Notes: a model not told the origin generated them from the sequence alone. A stretch of 64,000 nucleotides of DNA from Podarcis erhardii (GCA_964252035.1 OZ176209.1), one strand, 5' to 3'. Numbered from the stretch's first letter, positions 12,888 to 26,470 are shown. Made by a program: numbers and translations.

Positions 12888-13170
12888 CAGGGGTGGGAAA
12901 CCTCAGACCTAGGGACCAAATGCAACCCTCCACCTAGTCTCTCGAAAACTCCCCATGCCACAGCCCTCACTTGCCCTGTTTGCATCTAGCTAGAATGTGT
13001 CCTTCATCTCTGACAATGCCTATTGTTTATCTGAATGGAGGATAGGGTACTACAACACAAACATTGATTTATATTTGTTTGTTTACCCAACTTTTGTCTC
13101 TGGGACGGCCTACCATCTTATGAGGCCTTCAGAATGCAGCCCTCAGGCTAAAAAGGGCTTCTGATTCCTG
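12888..13170. mobile_element. hAT MITE
   Basis: CAGGGG...CCTG termini; 8-bp TSD CAGTAAGA / CTGTAAGA. Confidence 0.75.
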
Positions 13171-13317
13171 CTGTAAGACATGAAATTCTAGTGTCAGTGG
13201 AAGGTTCCTAATTCCGGATTGTAGAATTAGAATTGGATGTAACTATATTTCTCAACTCTGTGGCAGGAAACAAAAACTTATCCACACTTATCCACACTTA
13301 CCACGGAAATTAAGAAT

Positions 13318-13556
13318 TGGAACAAGCTTGTTTTCTCCTGCTGTGGAGGGTAGGACTCAAACCAACCGCTTCAAGGTATAAGAAAGGAGTTTCCAACTAA
13401 ACATACAGAAAAACTTTTGCCACAAGAAGTGGTGGATTCTCCCTCCTTGGATGTTTTTAAGCAGAGGTTGGATGGCCAAATTTCATGGATGCTTTATCTG
13501 AGATTCCAGCATTGCAGGCATGACCCTTGGGTCCCTTCCAACCCTACGATTCTATG
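13318..13556 (+). mobile_element. CR1 LINE 3' fragment
   Basis: CR1 3' sequence (TCCTTGGATGTTTTTAAGCAGAGGTTGGATGGCCA) ending GATTCTATG. Confidence 0.8.
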
Positions 13557-14014
13557 CTATTTGTTGCACTTCAACTTTAAAGAGTGGATTTTTGCAGGGA
13601 AAGCTGCGAGTCGGGGGGGAACATACTCTCCAACATTCTTCAGATGAAGATGGGGACATTTTTCCTTCCTTCCCCTCACTGACCCTCCTTGACCCTCCCA
13701 TTCCCCCCCCCATGAGCATTTCCTATCAGAAGACGGGTGAGTGTCACCGCTAACACAGCACAGGCACCTACCACCGTCCTGAGAAAACCCCTTAAAAATA
13801 AAATAAAATCCAGATTGTTTTTGTTTTCGTTTATTTATTTGGTAGATTTACAAAAAGAAAAGCACACACTACTAAACAAATTTCAGAAAGTCACAAAACT
13901 AGACATGGATGGACAAAGCATTAAAAAATAATAATCAAGACTTGTTACTCCATCATAACACCTGAAGAAGGCTGTATAAATGGCAAAAAAAATGTCCTAG
14001 TTTCTCCTAAGATT

Positions 14015-14393
14015 TGACAACTTTCCGCAGGGCCTGAAAGACGGAGCTGTTCTGACAGGCCTTTGGTCAGGGCCCAGTCTGACCCCCCCCCTTTTTTTTT
14101 TTTTTTTTGTTATAAGACCCAATAAGTAAGTGGCCTCCCTAACCCCTTCCACCGGCTCATATATGACATATATAAAACAGTTGGGCCTGGTGAGCACTCA
14201 GTGTTCCCGTCCCCTATAGTTATAATCTGTGGGTTGCCATCTGATTTTATTCTGCTCCAAATTTGATTTTAAGCTGTATTTTAATGGATTGTTTGATTTA
14301 TGTTTATAATGTATCATACTTTGATGTTAGCCGCTCTGAGCCTGGTCTTTGCCAGGGAGGGCCGGATATAAATAAGTTATTATTATTATTATT
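14015..14393 (+). mobile_element. L2 LINE 3' end
   Basis: GCAGGGCCTGAAAGACGGAGCTGTTC...TTAGCCGCTCTGAG...ATAAATAAG followed by a (TTA)n tail. Confidence 0.7.
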
Positions 14394-14565
14394 AAGCATT
14401 TGCAAAGGTCAGTCTCAAGCAAGATGCTTCACTTCACTTCTCTCCAGTCCTAAGGCTACTCAGGGGACAGGGCTATTTCTCTCCCCCCCCCCCATTTTCT
14501 TTTAACTATAGAGCAACTTTGTTTCTCTACAGCAACAATTCTGGGGTGCCTCCAGTCTGTCAGTA

Positions 14566-14780
14566 CAGTGGTACCCCGGGTTAAGAACTTAATTTGTTCT
14601 GGAGGTCCGTTCTTAACCTGAAACTGTTCTTAACCTGAGGTACCACTTTAGCTAATGGGGCCTCCCGCTGCAGCCGTGCGATTTCTGTTCTCATCCTGAA
14701 GCAAAGTTCTTAACCCGAGGTACTATTTCTGGGTTAGCGGAGTCTGTAACCTGAAGTGTCTGTAACCCGAGGTACCACTG
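14566..14780. mobile_element. Tc1/mariner (pogo/Tigger-like) MITE
   Basis: TIR CAGTGGTACC(C)CGGGTT / AACCCGAGGTACCACTG; TA on the left and CA (mutated TA) on the right; same family as 41118, 42338, 46812 and 49238. Confidence 0.9.
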
Positions 14781-15671
14781 CATTCTGTGGGAAGGATTTG
14801 ACCACATCCATAAAATTAGACTGATGTTGATTTAGTGCAACAAATCCACCTCTTTTTTAAAAGGACTTTTTGCAGTTAAGAAAGCATATTGTTAATAATT
14901 TCCTTTTTCTTTTAATGTTCATTGTTTAATTTGTTATTGTTATATCCTGCTCTTGGGTCTTAGGGGGCGAAAATAGTTGAACATGGAATTGACAGTACAG
15001 GCTTACCAGGCAAGTTAAAAATCTGTTTTAAAAGTAAAAAAAAAAACAGGTGTTCAATCACCATCATATTAGCAGACCTTAAAAGTTGAAAATGGAGCTA
15101 TTTCTATAAGGAAAATCTTGTTAATTACCAGGACCAGAGTCTGTGCTAGTGTATTTGTACTGAAATACACTGAAAACGGCTCACTGATTTTGGATCCTGG
15201 AAGCTGCAACTAAGAAAAGCAGAGAGTACATCTCATGCATTGTGTTTTCAAGACATCTCCTTTTACAGCTATCCATATGTTCCACTAATAATTTCAGATG
15301 TTAAGCAGCAGGGCACAGAGTCATACCATGCCATAATCCCCTAAACAAATGGGGCCTTAAAATATGTTAAAGAAGCAGGTCCCTCCTTAAAACAACTTTG
15401 TTTTCTGTCTGTGTGCTCATAACAGTTGTTGCAATAGCTTGTTCATATAGGACCAGCATATACAGCATTAAATCTAAGTAGCAAAAGTCACTGACATAGG
15501 CTCCTCACAATTTACTTTCATCTATTCTACAGGACCAAAAAAAATCCAAAAATGAACTTGATGGGTAAAGCAACCACAAAATACTGGATTTTTTTCACTT
15601 GGCAAGTTAATTTGCCCTGAAAGTCCTGATTCCCAAATATCACATGAGACAAGTTGGTCTTAGGATGACGC

Positions 15672-15785
15672 CAGTGCCCATTTTTCTAGAAAAAGAGGTG
15701 CACGAATGCCTCCCTTGTTCTGTTAGAAGGGCAATGGTGCCCACCTGAGAGATGCCAGAACTGCGTTCCAGGTGAAAAAGCCCAG
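15672..15785. mobile_element. hAT MITE (CAGTGCTTTTTTTCTAGAAAAAGAGGTGC family), degenerate
   Basis: Shares TTTTTCTAGAAAAAGAGGTGC with 21001-21072; related to 52987-53126. Confidence 0.55.
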
Positions 15786-16770
15786 GAAAACACAGAACAG
15801 TGTCAACACATTTTCACCACATGAGGGGGCCCTGCTAGGAAGCAGTTGAATCTTCAAGTCTCATATTACAATTCCTTTCTAGAAGCCCAATATTGTATTT
15901 TTTTAAAAACCATGTCTACTTCAGCCTTATGTTTTATATAGTTTTTGCCTCTGAAGTAGGACTGGCTTTTCATAAGCACTCTCCCACCCTATAAAATAAG
16001 GCAACTAGTGGTCTATAATTAACTAGCAGGCTTGACTATTGTGAAGTCCTATTTTTTAATGCAACAGTTAAGTGGGGAAAGGGGCACTGGAATGTATTAA
16101 TTTCAAGGAATCGTACCATATTTCGGAAACAACAAAACTGTCAACCATCCCTTTACACACACGTACAAAAAAAAAGGAAAGGTGGTGTCCGTTTTATGTT
16201 CTGGGTCACCTTTTCATTTTTACTTTTTTAAAAAAAGCTTCTAAAAAGCTCTCCTTTTAAAAAGTCTTGTAAGTTTCTTTTAGGTAATCGAGAAACAGCT
16301 AGAAATATCTTTTAGATTGGCAGTCAAAGCTATACTGTAAGTAGTAAGTGATTTTCTGTTGAGGTACAAAAAGTCAATAAGGACCTGAAGGTCTGAACAT
16401 TAGTAGAAAAACATACGTAAGGCTATTTGTCAATCCCAGTTCTACCTTGAAGCAAAGTCTCAGAATACTACAAAAGGCATAATACACAGGATTCTATTCC
16501 CTGCAGAGTAAAGTAGAATTTGCAACTGGGGAAGCAGATCCAGGCAAAGTGAATCTGGTGTTTAATCTGAGTCATTCCTTGAAGCATCATTGGCATCAAG
16601 CCTGAGAAGATGAACCACACAACTGGATCTTCTGATATCATACATTTCCTGGAACAAGTGATGCTATCCAGGACCCCCACTAAGCAGAATGGGCAGAAGG
16701 GTATCCAAATGCAACCAGCCAGCTCACCATATTTTGAAGCAAGATAAACAACACACATTAGTCTCCAAAT

Positions 16771-16903
16771 CAAGGGTGGGGAACCTGCCCCCCACCAAAT
16801 GTTACTGAGCCACAACTCAGCCCCAGCAAGCATGGCCATTGGCCGGGAATGATGGAAGATGTAGTAATGCAGCAGCTGCAGAGCCAGAGGTTCTCTACAC
16901 CCG
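16771..16903. mobile_element. hAT MITE
   Basis: GGGTGGGGAACC / GGTTCTCTACACCC ends; 8-bp TSD CTCCAAAT / CTCTAAAT. Confidence 0.7.
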
Positions 16904-19699
16904 CTCTAAATGGAGAATCAAGACACACACTTTATTACAAAAAGTGTCTGCACATTGCATGGAAAATCTCAGTGCAATGATAGTAGACCCCAAAGTAAGC
17001 CGGGCCAGATTGAGACCTTTAGAGGTCCTAAGCACCAAAAAGATTATTGTGCTCCCTGCATATGTAATTCAAAATAAAAACAATAAAATAAAAGTTTATT
17101 TTTTTATAAAAAAATGAAACTTACAGGTATGCTGAAATTAAAATATATTCTTTCTATATTTTCTAGATGACTACTTTTATGCTTTTTTATGTATCAAATG
17201 TCAGATTCCTTTATTTCATGAGTGCCCCTGCTTTGTAGGTGCCCCAAACACGTGCTTAGCCCACCAGTAGGGTAACCCAGCACTGAAAGTAAGCATTTCT
17301 AAATCTTATGGGTAGGGCAGGGATCACTCACTAAAAGCAGGTTGTTTCCAGCAGTGCCCCATGAGGTGTATATACACTGACTCTTCATTTCATGCTTCTC
17401 ATAACAACTTCCTTTGGAATATTAGGGAAATATTGGTCTTGACAGAGATTTGAATTGCAGCTGAAGCATTTATCCTCTTAGCATGGAAAGAAAGGGAGAG
17501 GGAGCTTATCTTCTTAAGGCAAGACTCAGTCCTACCATAATGCTGCTAGCATTTATTAGCATTTGAGAAACAATCCTATTCTCCTCCTCCAGGTTTTAAG
17601 GTACTCAATGTCTTTGTCAGGACTGCATAATCGCAACTAGTCTTTACTTTCTTTTTAAGCACACACAAACATCGCCTCAACCATTTCATTGCGGCAAAGC
17701 TCACGAAATACAGTTGTCAGCCATCATAACAAAATGCATTAAATGTCAGTCAGAAATTTCTCCTTCGAAGGATAATCACGTTAAAGCTTATGTCATAGGC
17801 TTCGGAAACCCTATGGGAAAAAACCCTCTAAAAATAACCTGGCTTCAAATACTGGTGATGGGACACCTGTGGCACTCCAAATGTTACATTTATCTTATTA
17901 TCTTATTAAATTTATATCCTGCCCTTCACCAGTTCCATGTTGGACTCTGGTTCCCATCAGCCAACATGGCCAATGACCAGAGATTATCCAAGTTGTAGCA
18001 GTAGATAACTTGGGGGGGTGCAAGGCAGGGCATGTGGGACACAATTTTGTCCTCTAGCAGTTGAAGGGCTACTGCCACTACCTTCTAGTATGCTGCCTGA
18101 GGCAGTTACCTCATTCTGCCTAATGTTTGGGTTGGCCTTATCGCATCAGCAGGGCCCACCAGTGCTGATGCTGGGTCCAGCCAGTCCTGCTTTTTATTGG
18201 CCTGTTGGCCATTACAGACAGAAGCACGAGGACCATGCAGCTGACCCTGCCATTGGAGAGGGGGGATTGAGTGAGATTATTGCAGATGTATATAGTGGTG
18301 TGCTGCTCAAATTGGATGACCTGCTCCCTCAAACTTGTGGAACAAATCAGAGGGGATATGGTGTGGGAAGCCTAATCCTCCTACTTGCACTGAGGTTGCT
18401 TCCTCTCACCTGAGATACCCAGCTCTCAGGCACCCTGTTTGCTTTCCCCAGCTGGAGAAAGTCAAGGCAGCAGCAATAGCAAGGAACAGGCAGGTGAGTG
18501 AGGAAGGACAGCAACGCTTGGTTTCCTTGAATGCACTTCTCTCCTTTCATTTGCAAAGCAAAGATCTGAAGTATGAGCTGTGGGTTCTGTTTTTAATGTT
18601 ACGTCAGTCTACTCTTGGGCTCTTAAGGTGAATGGCAGACAATTGCCTACCCTTTCAGCCAGTTTGAAGGAAGTCTGCAAAAGTTACAGGTTGATGCCAT
18701 GGGTTGCAGTCAAAATTGAAACTATAGAAAGATGACATGGGTCAGTCATTCTGCAAAGACAAGTGAAAGACTGGCCTCTGGGGCTGCTCTTCAAAGAGTC
18801 TAGCAGTTCCCTAGAGAGAAAAAGCAAGAGTTTGCCAAGTTAAGAGGCTTTTGTTCTTTCTTGACTTGAGTTGCTTTGATCTAAATTTGACAACGGATGT
18901 GTGTATTGCTCAATGAAAACAGTTGTTTAGCTTTTAGATTTTTAAACAAATAGCCTGTGGGTCAAAGTCTACTCTGCAATATGTGCACACAGCTCCCACT
19001 GACTTATAATTATTAAGTATGAAAAACTGCTCAGGGAACTTGTGCATCATACAAGGGCTTTCCTTTCTAAGAAATGTAACCTCTAGTCAAGAAGTTGGAT
19101 TTATGGACATGAGACCAAACTTATTGGAAGGGATTTTGAGATCTGTGCTGTTTAAATTCAGCACCAAATGCAAACCTGCTGCTTTCTAGCAGAGCTGAGA
19201 GACACTGCTCCAGATCGAATTGATGCTATCATATGATGTCAGGTGATTCACAGGTAGGCAGACCTGCCCACCAGTCAAATGTGGCCCAGGGAGAGTTGGC
19301 CTGTTTTTGATCCAACCCACTGGATAGAAATGGTTCTACTTCCCTGATGTAAAACAATGACAGTACACTAAGAACGAAAAATCCCTAAGGACTGGGGCGA
19401 TCCCATTGCAAAGTAATACACATATTTGACCATTTTGATCTGCAAAATTCACACTTTTACAAGTGCCATATAATGTTTGCATTTGCAGAGCATTGATATT
19501 TCAGTGACAGAACTTATGTTTTGAAACTCCCTGCCTATCACTTTTGATTTCAGCAAGCCTGCCCATTGTTGGAGCCAGCCGTCACAAGTGGTTTAGCATA
19601 GCATAGAAAGAAGACACAATGAGGCAGCGAGTATTTTCATAATACTGGAGGGCAGCTCCTTCCAACCTTTCTCCTCCGGCAACTTTTTATTATCTCCTT

Positions 19700-20020
19700 T
19701 GTTCTCCCAGCCGCATGGCCGTTTTCCAAAGTCTCCTGTTACCTCATCTGGTCAAGGCTTGACACTCCCCTCTCCATATAAGGTAATCATTGCCCAGAGG
19801 AATGTCAGGGGGCACCCTGCAGTATTTACAAGCCTCTGCCTTGGCTGTATGACTCCCACAGCCCATACATATAACACACCTGTTATTGTATATTGTATAT
19901 TTGTTTTAAAATATTTTGATAATTTTGATCTGTGTTTTACTGATGATTTTACTATATATACCACTTGGGCAGTTTTCTGATTAAATCATATCTACATCAT
20001 TCTAAATAAAAATAAATAAA
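19700..20020 (+). mobile_element. Old L2-like 3' end
   Basis: T-rich 3' UTR ending in (A)ATAAA repeats, resembling an L2 terminus; degenerate. Confidence 0.4.
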
Positions 20021-20455
20021 ACAAATAACATATCTGTATAAAATAATTCACACATCTTAACATTTGAGTGGCATGATAAATTGGGAATGGCAAAGATTTC
20101 CTTTGGCGGGAGCTCCCTGCACTTTCCATACAGATTCTCCCCAACACTGTGGGTCTGGGAGTACCTATGATGGTCATGCCACCAATTTACACAAGTTCTT
20201 TGCCTTGAATGGCTTGCATCATTTTTGGGAATGCAAAGTCCTGTCTAGTACAAAAACCATCTACTTCGTTGGCACAAAGCATTATCCTCTTTCAATCTTG
20301 TCTAAATAAATAGCAGTAATAGCATCAATACCTTCAACAATCCATGCTTTAAAGTCTCTAGCTGCATGTTTTCAAGACTGACATGTCAGCAGCTATCACA
20401 GTCCTTTTCACAATGTTTTAACCATGCTTTGATGCTCATAAAGCCTCTTGATTTT

Positions 20456-20457
<2 letters not shown>

Positions 20458-20487
<30 letters not shown>
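20458..20487. repeat. (GT)15 microsatellite
   Basis: Direct reading. Confidence 0.95.
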
Positions 20488-20489
<2 letters not shown>

Positions 20490-21000
20490 TTGGCTATTAG
20501 TAGTAGCAATTTTATCTACAATATTTAACAAGGTAAGTTGCAGGCAAAAATTTAGTACAGTTTCAATAGAAACACCCTTTCCTGAAAATACAGCAGTATT
20601 TGGTGGACTAATATTTTCTGCATCATTTATAAGGAAGCTTCCCATCTATGGACAGGAACAAAAAAAGTATCTACCACCCAATTAACACTGTCCTCTGGGC
20701 AGTTAACAACCATTAACTGTGCCTTAAAACTATTCACTTTTAAATGCAAGCTATGACAGAACTTTGCTAAATAAATGACACCCCCCACACCGACTTTCAA
20801 CTGACATATAATTCTGAATATGTACACCCCTACACGTATTGTCAAACTTTTTCTAGTTACTGATTATATTGCAAAAATAAATAAATCACATTTTCATCTC
20901 GCCTCCCAAGAGACCTAAATGGCACATGTTACAATATGGCAAAATTAGTACAAAATGATGCAGTGTAGCACTGGAAATGGAAGTAGTAGATGCCTGCAGG

Positions 21001-21072
21001 TAGTGCTTTTTTTCTAGAAAAAGAGGTGCTGGTACTGTGTGCCCTTGAGTACCCCCTGGAAAAAAGGCACTA
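21001..21072. mobile_element. 72-bp mini hAT MITE
   Basis: TAGTGCTTTTTT / AAAAAGGCACTA inverted ends; deletion version of 52987-53126. Confidence 0.6.
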
Positions 21073-21761
21073 ATTATATGTATGGTCACTTGAAATCAAG
21101 TTCCATTGAACTTTGTGGGGTGCTTTTGTCCCTTGCAAGTGAGTGTGTGTACATATGATTTATTGATTTTTATCTATATTTTGATAATTTTATTAAGTCT
21201 GCTTGTTTATAAAGTATGTTGATTTTGTTGGTGTGTTTTTTATATATATAAACCACTTAGATGCTTGCCAAATAAATAAATAAGGTTGCCCTCCCACCTT
21301 TCCCACATAGTGCTCCCAAAGTTCACAAATGATCTCAGCCACTTTAATTAAAGTCATTTTGATCAAACTGGAAGCACTGAGCCAGTACACTTGGAGAGAC
21401 GGGTTGATTGCTCTAAAATCTGTCTGCAATTGCATCCAGTGCAGCTACATTTTCCCTTCACAGTAGCTGGAGTGAATGGAAGCCTCCTATTAATTCATAG
21501 GTAGAGAAACCCTTAGTGTGTCTCTTCCAGATAACATGATAAATGGAAAATATGTAGGTTCCCTGGAGGGTTCAGTAATAATAACTCTAAAGCTATGTCA
21601 TCAAGAAGGAGCCTAGATAGTAAAGTAAGAGTAACAAAGCAATAAACTTCAGACTAGCACTTCAGACTGTCCCTAGTGAAATTGTCCCCTTTTTTGTAAG
21701 TGAGAAAGCAGACTGTACAAATGGGTTTTTCCTTTCTTTTCAATTTCTCCCCTTCTAGAGA

Positions 21762-22010
21762 GCTAGTGTGGTGTAGTGGTTAACAACAGTAGTCTCGTAA
21801 TCTGGGGAACCGGGTTCACGTCTCCGCTCCTCCACATGCAGCTGCTGGGTGACCTTGGGCCAGTCACACTTCTTTGAAGTCTTTCAGCCCCACTCACCTC
21901 ACAGAGTGTTTGTTGTGGGGGAGGAAGGGAAAGGAGAATGTTAGCCACTTTGAGACTCCTTAAAGGGAGTGAAAGGCGGGATATCAAATCCAAACTCTTC
22001 TTCTTCTTTT
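21762..22010 (+). mobile_element. Squam3-like SINE, full length
   Basis: tRNA head (TGTGGTGTAGTGGTT A box, GGGTTCACGTC B box), core GGGTGACCTTGGGC, L2-like 3' end and (CTT)n tail. Confidence 0.85.
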
Positions 22011-22180
22011 TAGCAGCTGCTTTCCCCCGCCCCCAGCAAGAACTTTATTCCAAGAGCCAACAGAAGAAAGACTGCTCGTTCAGGAAAGGCAAAAGCTCAG
22101 GGACAGAGGACTCCCTTCATTAAACTTGATGATACCAGGGTGGTTTTACCTGTGAAAGGCTCCATGCCTCTCAATGTAGG

Positions 22181-22312
22181 GCCAGTGTGGTGTAGTGGTT
22201 AAGAGCAGTAGTCTCGTAATCTGGGGAACCGGGTTCGCGTCTCCGCTCCTCCACATGCAAAGTGATAAAGGGGGATATCAAATCCAAACTACTCCTCCTC
22301 CTCTTCTTCTTC
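22181..22312 (+). mobile_element. Squam3-like SINE with internal deletion
   Basis: Head nearly identical to the 21762 copy up to CCACATGCA, joined directly to the 3' end GATATCAAATCCAAACT and a (CCT/CTT)n tail. Confidence 0.8.
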
Positions 22313-22354
22313 AAGGAAACACACCTGTCTAAAATACTGTTAGTAAAGGCAGGC

Positions 22355-22486
22355 CAGTCTTTCCCAACCTGGTGCCCTCCAGATGCTTTAGATAAGAACT
22401 TCCATCAGCCTCAGCAACCATGACGAATATTCAGGGATGAAAGAAATTGTCCAAAAATCTGGACACAGCAACTTGGGGGAATGCTG
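22355..22486. mobile_element. Degenerate hAT MITE
   Basis: CAGTCTTTCCCAACCTGGTGCCCTCCAGATG...TTGGGGGAATGCTG. Confidence 0.6.
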
Positions 22487-22663
22487 GTGTAGATAATGCT
22501 GAGCTAGATAAGGCAGGTTTAAACATTATTTTTCATTTCCTCATGCACTAGATACTTCATGTTATCACTCATAGCTATGACTGCAATTTTTTATAAAGGT
22601 AAGGCTGTTTAAATCCCACTAAAGTCAATGGGATCTAAGTCTGCACAACTCTGGAGCATTACA

Positions 22664-22756
22664 CTGCAATCCTATACTGTACATGTCTACCCAAATTCAA
22701 GTCCCACTGAGTTCAGTGGGGCTTACTTCCAGGCTAGCTAGTATACATTGGAGCCT
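22664..22756. repeat. Small hairpin repeat (CAATCCTA...CCCACTGAGTTCAGTGGGGCTTAC family)
   Basis: Related degenerate copies at 23661-23748, 42604-42688 and 57741-57815. Confidence 0.55.
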
Positions 22757-23797
22757 AAACATCTTGCATTATGAGGGTAGCATATCCAAATTCTCTCTGC
22801 AGAACTAATCCTGTAGGACTGTGTACTATGGTTCAGAGGTCTTTTTCCAATATCCTACAGTACTGATGATGTTATTAAATCATTCATTGATTAACCAGGA
22901 GCAACATTTAATTCCAGACCAAAAAGGGACTCACTCTCAATATATACTGCTATGTGTGTTTAAGCATGGACTTGTTTAAGCATTTCTCCTGGTGTCTGAA
23001 GTAAACCTAGTCTTCCATAATGGAAATTTTACAAATCTGAATGCCCAAATTATACTTTCCTCAATATTTATTTGCCTACAGCTGACAAAAGTTAGTGGCC
23101 TTTACTGCTGGTTTAAATAGTTGCAACATATTCTGTTTGGTAAAAAAAATATAAGCTACACCTGGCAGAAATTCTGAAATCAAGGTCCATAGGTTTTGGT
23201 TTGCTGGAATCAGTTTTTTTAAAAAAAGCAATGGGCAAAGAAATGTACAAAGTTTGAACTGAAATAGATTGCTCACACTGTTTTGCTGCCAATGGGTTTT
23301 TTCTTTACAGCCTCAAATGCTCTGATCAGCCAATAAATAAAAATGGAAAGAATCGTTTCAAGCATTTGTCATAAGTATACAGGAATAATAAAACACCACA
23401 CACAAAAAACGTTCTAAGTGCAAAACTGGCTCTCAGGATATGTATTCCTGGAATATGAAAAATAGTGACAGGAAATTGATTGCCTTCTAAATGCCCTATA
23501 TCTACCTCACATTAAGTTTCAAATGCTAAGCATCAGAGAAGGGCTATTTGCTTTGACAGAAGAGTGTGAAGAATCCATGTACAATATGGCAGAGCTTAAC
23601 TTCTTATACTAGTCTAACCTGATCCAGGGCTTCTTTGGATGCAGTGACACTAATTGACTGAGGCTACAATTCTATACTCGCTTATCTGGGGACAAGACCC
23701 ATTGAAATCAGTGGGGCTGACTTCTGAGTAGACATGTACAGGATTAAACAGTATAGGATTACATTTAAGCCACGAGTATTAAATGAACTAAATAAAC

Positions 23798-23915
23798 CAG
23801 AGATGAGGATTCCGTGGCCCTCCAGATGTTGTTGAACTACGACTCCCAACATCCCTGGCTTGGGATAATAAGTTGGAGACCAACAGCATTGGGAAATAAA
23901 CCATATGATCCCTCT
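23798..23915. mobile_element. Degenerate hAT MITE
   Basis: GGCCCTCCAGATGTTGTTGAACTAC motif shared with the 10146 family. Confidence 0.5.
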
Positions 23916-23974
23916 TATATCTCACGACAGGAGATCATATGACCTGTACTAAAGTACCTCTGGTGCCTGACCTT

Positions 23975-24100
23975 TTGAAGACCTCCAAAGAAAAACAGCC
24001 CACAAATTCCTGAGGCAGCTTGTTCCCTCCTTGAATTGCTCATACATTTAAGAAGCTGATCCTAATATTTAAATGGGAATTTACCTTCTGTTAGAAAATA
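23975..24100 (-). mobile_element. Old CR1 fragment
   Basis: GAAGACCTCCAAAGAA...GCAGCTTGTTCC resembles the CR1 fragments at 10941 and 33715. Confidence 0.45.
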
Positions 24101-25971
24101 AGCAAGTAAGGCTCTGTTCACGCATTCTCAGTGTGTGGATGAGAGTTCTCCTCTGGTGTTTGGAAGTCTGAGGATACTTCCATTATCCTGTTTTCTGAAC
24201 AGTCATCAGGTTAGGAGAAGTTCTGAGTTCTGTCCGGACCCCATAACTAGAAACTTTGTCACAGGGGGGCATAATGGAGAATGCAATCATTGAAAGAACA
24301 TACACATAAACACAGGCAGCCTTGTTTTTTCAAAGCTATTGAATATTAGTAAAATTAAGCTCAGGAGTGCTTGTCATTTATCCCAAGGACTATGCACCAA
24401 CTGGTAAGAATGTAGAGATTTATTTATTGTAGGTATTTTTATATCTCTCTATCTTCAAGTCAAATTTCCAGGCAGCGGCAAATTTACTTTATCTCCAGCA
24501 ATGGTACAGAAGGCTAGCCTGCCTCATGGTTTCGCCTAGTCAGACAAGATCAAATGATGAACCGTTATTTAAGAATGCAGCCAGGGCTGGCAAAGATGTT
24601 TTTCCCCCGCCCAAAGTATTTCTATGGAAAATAAAATTCTTATCATCATGGGTAAATTTTCTCCATTTTAAATTTTACAGTCCATACACACAACCACTAT
24701 GAAAGCATTGTGCTTCAAATATAATAGTCCTTCGAGAGTGTAGAATATAGCAAAATGCCCCTACAATATTTTCAGCTTAACTAAAGCACCTTGCTAGTAA
24801 GCCAGCAAGGCAGGAGCAGCCACCCCACCCACAAAAGAGGGGCTGCTGCGATGCAAGATTTTAGCTGTTACCACACCAGTCACTATAAGCTCTTGTTACA
24901 TACTAATAAAATACTAAATAATTGTCTACCCTCCTCAGGTGGTAGAACAACTTTTGTGGGACTTAAATAGTGTCATTCCTTTCAAGAATATATTTGAAAA
25001 ACGTCTAATGCACACAGGAATCTATCAATAAATATTTATATTTTATGGAATCTATCAATAACTAGCATTTTGGGTCAAGAGCTTTTATAAGAGCGTGGAG
25101 GCTAAAGCAGATTTTATAGCAAAATAAAGCAACAACATTGTCCTCTTATTACAAACGGCAAAACCAAGGGATATCCCTATTTGAAGACATATGTTAATTG
25201 AAAGCCCTGGGAAAGTTATCCTCGTTACACACACATATGCGTTTTCCTCACATTTTCATAAATTATTAGAAAGCTGTGATGTCAGTGTTCGAGGAAGAGA
25301 CAAGAATAGGTAAATATAAATTAGCTGAGGGAATTAAAACACCTCACAATAGCGGTGCTTGGTGCATATAAAATAGCATTTGGAAAAGGCCTTTGGCATC
25401 TTGGGTATAGAAGGAACCCCTCAGAACTCCAGCAATGGATTTTGAATTTCAAATATTTCTTTTGGGTCCTTTTCCAGCCTCATATGCATATTAGTCCACC
25501 TGCTAATTCTGCTGCAGAAAAAGAAGTCGCACAAAAGATAAGAGGCTTGTAAAAATCAAGAACTGAATGTGGTGAATGGAGTGTGTGTGCATTTGTATTG
25601 TATTCTCCAAGGCACAAAGCCATCTATTTTATCCTAAATTGAGTGAGAGCAGAAAGTTAAGAGAAATGAGATATTAAAAACAAATCCCTTTGGGGCTTGC
25701 TACTCAGATGGCTTTAGCCAAACCTAAGCAGATTATTGTTATTGTTTTTATTTTGACCTCAAATGGTAAGCAATTAGAAATTTTAAACTTTAAATATACA
25801 CATGAATTAACACATGTAGGATCTCTTATATTAACAATAGAATGAAAATCATTGCTGTTTTTTTCTTCTCTTTTTAGGGCCCAGCCCTGTTATTCTGATA
25901 TCCAGAAATTCAGCAAGTGAAACTTTTTCTGGCATGGAGATAAGTAGTAATTTATCAATAATCTGGGATGT

Positions 25972-25987
25972 AAGATGGCGCCATTTT
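25972..25987. promoter_or_regulatory. Overlapping inverted YY1-type motifs
   Basis: AAGATGGCGCCATTTT gives AAGATGGCG on the plus strand and AAAATGGCG on the minus strand; sequence match only. Confidence 0.35.
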
Positions 25988-26236
25988 CTGTTCTGGTCTG
26001 TATTCATTGCATGCAGCGCTGTTTCCATTCCGCTCCAATTCACCTTCCACCAAAACCTTCCATTGTGGCAAAATTATGTAACTTCTGATTGTATTATCCC
26101 ACCCCATTAATTTCAGTGCAAAGGAAATAAAGATACGGTATGTATCATTTGCAGACAGAAAGAAACAACAACAGCAAAGACCGAATGTATTCACTCGATT
26201 TGTTTCTGTTCTGGACGTGGAACAAATAAGTGAATA

Positions 26237-26470
26237 CAGTGGTACCTCAGTTTTCGAACATAATCCGTTTCGGAAGACGGTTCGAGTTCCAAAATGTTCA
26301 GAAACCGAAACTCAATAGCTGACAACCAGGCTGCAGGTATTGCACTCAAAGAAAGCTGCATAGCATGTTTGACTTCCAAGACATGTTCAAAAACCAAAGC
26401 ATTTACTTCCGGGTTTATGGCGTTCGAGTTCCGAAATGTTTGTCAGTGTTCAAAAACTGAGGTACCACTG
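26237..26470. mobile_element. Tc1/mariner MITE, second subfamily
   Basis: Same CAGTGGTACCTC TIR and left TA as the main family, but a different internal sequence. Confidence 0.85.

Noticed and set aside
16971-16992. miR-130-like seed CAGTGCAATGAT (and similar seed matches at 6062 and 9841)
   Set aside because: The match stops after the seed and no precursor hairpin is present
24497-24649. 153-nt open frame between an AG and TGG|GTAAAT
   Set aside because: The peptide is not recognisable and the donor is weak; indistinguishable from chance
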